DNA of 64,000 nt from an uncultured Myxococcales bacterium (GTDB lineage: Bacteria; Desulfobacterota; Binatia; UBA1149; SPBQ01), in the NCBI GenBank assembly GCA_964555245.1, contig CAZKRI010000042.1, forward strand, positions 2,567 through 66,566. The letters run 5' to 3'. The stretch's first letter is position 1. Each line of letters opens with the position of its first letter. The notes under the pieces were generated by a model. That model had not been told where the DNA came from and ran no database searches. It saw nothing but the letters and a program-made list of their open reading frames with translations. Of this stretch, positions 62,024 to 64,000 are shown in pieces. The translations under genes and the position numbers were made by a program.

Positions 62024-63424
62024 TCAGGTCGAAGGTTGAAGCGGGTGAGCGGCGGCCGGTGGTGAGCAACGCTCGCGCACGATGCCGAGCAGCTCGGAGA
62101 TCGCCGCGCGCTCCTGCCGCATGCTGTCGCGATCGCGAACGGTGACCGTGTCGTCGGTTACCGTCTGGTAGTCGACGGTCACGCACAGCGGCGTGCCCAC
62201 CTCATCCTGGCGCCGGTAGCGCCGCCCGATCGCTCCGGCTTGGTCGTAGGTCACCGCGCAGTGTGGCCGCAACGTCTCGACGATCTGCAGGGCCTTTTCC
62301 GGCATCCCGTCCTTCCGCATCAGCGGGAAGACCGCGACCTTGACCGGAGCAAGCGCCGGGTGCAGCCGCAGCACGGTACGCACTTCGCCGTCGGCCTCAT
62401 CCTCATCGTAAGCGTCGACCAGGAAGGCCAGGGTCGAGCGGTCGGCGCCGGCCGAAGGCTCGATGACGTAAGGAGCGTAGCGCTCCTTGGTCTGGTCGTC
62501 GTAGTAGCTCAGGTTCTTCCCCGAGTGTTCGGCGTGCGACTTGAGGTCGAAGTCCGTGCGATTGGCAATGCCTTCGAGCTCCTGCCAGCCGATGGGGAAC
62601 TGGTACTCGACGTCCGAGCAGCCCTTGGCGTAATGAGCCAGCTCGTCGGAAGCGTGGGGGCGAAGCCGCAACCGCTCAGGGCTCAATCCGTAGTCGTGAT
62701 ACCAGGCCAGCCGCCGGTCGAGCCAGTAACGGAACCAGGCGTCGTCATCGCCGGGCTTGACGAAGTACTCGAGCTCCATCTGCTCGAACTCGCGCGTGCG
62801 GAACAGAAAGTTTCCCGGCGTGATCTCGTTGCGGAAGGACTTGCCGATCTGCGCGATGCCGAAGGGCGGGCGCATGCGTGCCGAGTTCACGACGTTCATG
62901 AAGTTGACGAAGATGCCCTGGGCGGTCTCCGGCCGCAGGTAGACCATGGCCCCTGTGTCCTCGACCGGCCCCATGTGTGTCTTGAACATCAGGTTGAAGC
63001 GGCGGGCCTCGGTCAGCTCGCCACCGCATTGCCCGGGTCGCTGGCTCGGCCTCTCCGGACAGGAAGCCATCTCGAGCTGATCGGCACGGAAGCGAGCCTT
63101 GCACTTCTTGCAGTCGACCAACGGGTCGGTGAAGTTCTGGACGTGGCCCGAAGCGACCCAGACCTCCGGGTGCATCATGATCGAGCAGTCCAGCCCCACC
63201 ACGTCTGGCCGCGAAGTGACGGTCTCGCGCCACCAGGCGTCTTTCACGTTGCGCTTGAGCTCGACGCCCAGGGGGCCGTAGTCCCAGCAGCTCCCCAGCC
63301 CGCCGTAGACCTCGGAAGAGGGGAAGACGAAGCCCCTTCTCTTACAAAGGTTGACGATCTTCTCCATCGTCACCGGAGCGGAGTCGCCGGCGGGTTTGGT
63401 TCTGACTGGATCGGTGTCGTTCAT
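62024..63424 (-). CDS. glyQS: glycine--tRNA ligase (dimeric class II, GlyQS type)
   Basis: [37 protein letters not shown] is the canonical GlyRS N-terminus. The true start may be the internal MEKIV at 63367. Confidence 0.85.
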   Translation of the reverse strand: MNDTDPVRTKPAGDSAPVTMEKIVNLCKRRGFVFPSSEVYGGLGSCWDYGPLGVELKRNVKDAWWRETVTSRPDVVGLDCSIMMHPEVWVASGHVQNFTDPLVDCKKCKARFRADQLEMASCPERPSQRPGQCGGELTEARRFNLMFKTHMGPVEDTGAMVYLRPETAQGIFVNFMNVVNSARMRPPFGIAQIGKSFRNEITPGNFLFRTREFEQMELEYFVKPGDDDAWFRYWLDRRLAWYHDYGLSPERLRLRPHASDELAHYAKGCSDVEYQFPIGWQELEGIANRTDFDLKSHAEHSGKNLSYYDDQTKERYAPYVIEPSAGADRSTLAFLVDAYDEDEADGEVRTVLRLHPALAPVKVAVFPLMRKDGMPEKALQIVETLRPHCAVTYDQAGAIGRRYRRQDEVGTPLCVTVDYQTVTDDTVTVRDRDSMRQERAAISELLGIVRERCSPPAAAHPLQPST

Positions 63425-63478
63425 CGCTGCGGGACGCGCCCGCCCGGTTGCGGCGCGCCGTGGGGCGAGTGCGCTCCC

Positions 63479-64000
63479 CTACCTTATAGTCGGGTCGCGT
63501 TCAAATGGGTCCGGCGCTGTCGTGGAGAGGAAAGCGCGGGCTTTGAGGGCGCGTGGGGCGTGCAGATCGATAAGGCGATGAAGGAGCGCGGTCGCCGTGG
63601 CCAGCAACTCGGGGGAAGCCGGCGCCGTCGAGGCCGCGTGCAGGCTACGTAGGTAGGCGAGCAGGGCCGGCTCGACCACCCGCCGGCTGGGCCGGGCCTC
63701 GGCCCGCGCGGGCGGTTGGCCCGCCTCGCGCTCGTGACGCGCGCACATGAGGCCGCTGCCGCGAGGGTCGACGATGGGCTGTGTCGCCTCGACCAACGCT
63801 TCGCCGCAGGCGCTGCACTGCTCGAGGTTCGGCCCCCAGCCGGCCCACCCGAGGAAGGCGAGAACGTAGCGATGGGCCGTGGTCTCCACCGACCAGTCGC
63901 CGCCGGCTGCGCCCGGGGCCATGGCCTCGATCGTGGTTCGAAACTGGAGGTAGAGCGCGGGGCAGGGGTCGTGGTCCGCCGTCATCGTCTCGGTCAGCTC
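63479..64000 (-). CDS. recO: DNA repair protein RecO (partial; N-terminus likely beyond the window end)
   Basis: RecO-like C-terminal region with the Cys zinc-finger CSACGEAL...CARHER. 168 aa from the first Met is too short for a full RecO. Confidence 0.6.
   Translation of the reverse strand, partial: ELTETMTADHDPCPALYLQFRTTIEAMAPGAAGGDWSVETTAHRYVLAFLGWAGWGPNLEQCSACGEALVEATQPIVDPRGSGLMCARHEREAGQPPARAEARPSRRVVEPALLAYLRSLHAASTAPASPELLATATALLHRLIDLHAPRALKARAFLSTTAPDPFERDPTIR

Overview
This is a ~68% GC bacterial chromosome segment, densely coding on both strands. Most long ORFs that sit antisense to a recognisable gene are GC-driven shadows and are rejected below.

Recognisable content, in order along the window:
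- a Cys-type arylsulfatase with a long C-terminal extension;
- a Rieske / cytochrome b / octaheme cytochrome c operon;
- an MMPL/RND exporter, an AAA_14/DUF4143 ATPase, MgtE, a TPP-dependent keto-acid decarboxylase, a rhomboid protease, a PPIase–HupE/UreJ pair and a DUF3604 protein;
- a small decayed/accessory region: a sulfatase C-terminal remnant, a frameshifted repeat-domain lipoprotein, DUF1003, a MntA–HepT toxin–antitoxin pair and WS/DGAT;
- an ABM monooxygenase, an RRM RNA-binding protein, an FAD oxidoreductase, FadL, pyruvate kinase and pqiAB with a third periplasmic component;
- a PSCyt/DUF1553–DUF1501 gene pair;
- a complete mrpA(B)CDEFG antiporter operon, immediately followed by a Tat-exported NarG/NxrA-like molybdopterin alpha subunit (1156 aa), an NxrB-like Fe-S beta subunit (423 aa), a TorD-like chaperone, a gamma subunit in which a diheme cytochrome c is fused to an EB_dh heme-b domain, and two uncharacterised ORFs;
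- an operon-like string HIT–aroE–ppdK–glyQS–recO.

The periplasmic NXR/Nar-type cluster, taken with the Rieske/cyt b + HAO-like octaheme module, is the strongest candidate for a novel nitrogen-redox system. A short hairpin repeat family (shared core TAGACCTGACCCCATT) brackets pyk, and there are several gene remnants. No CRISPR array, rRNA, tRNA or transposase was seen.
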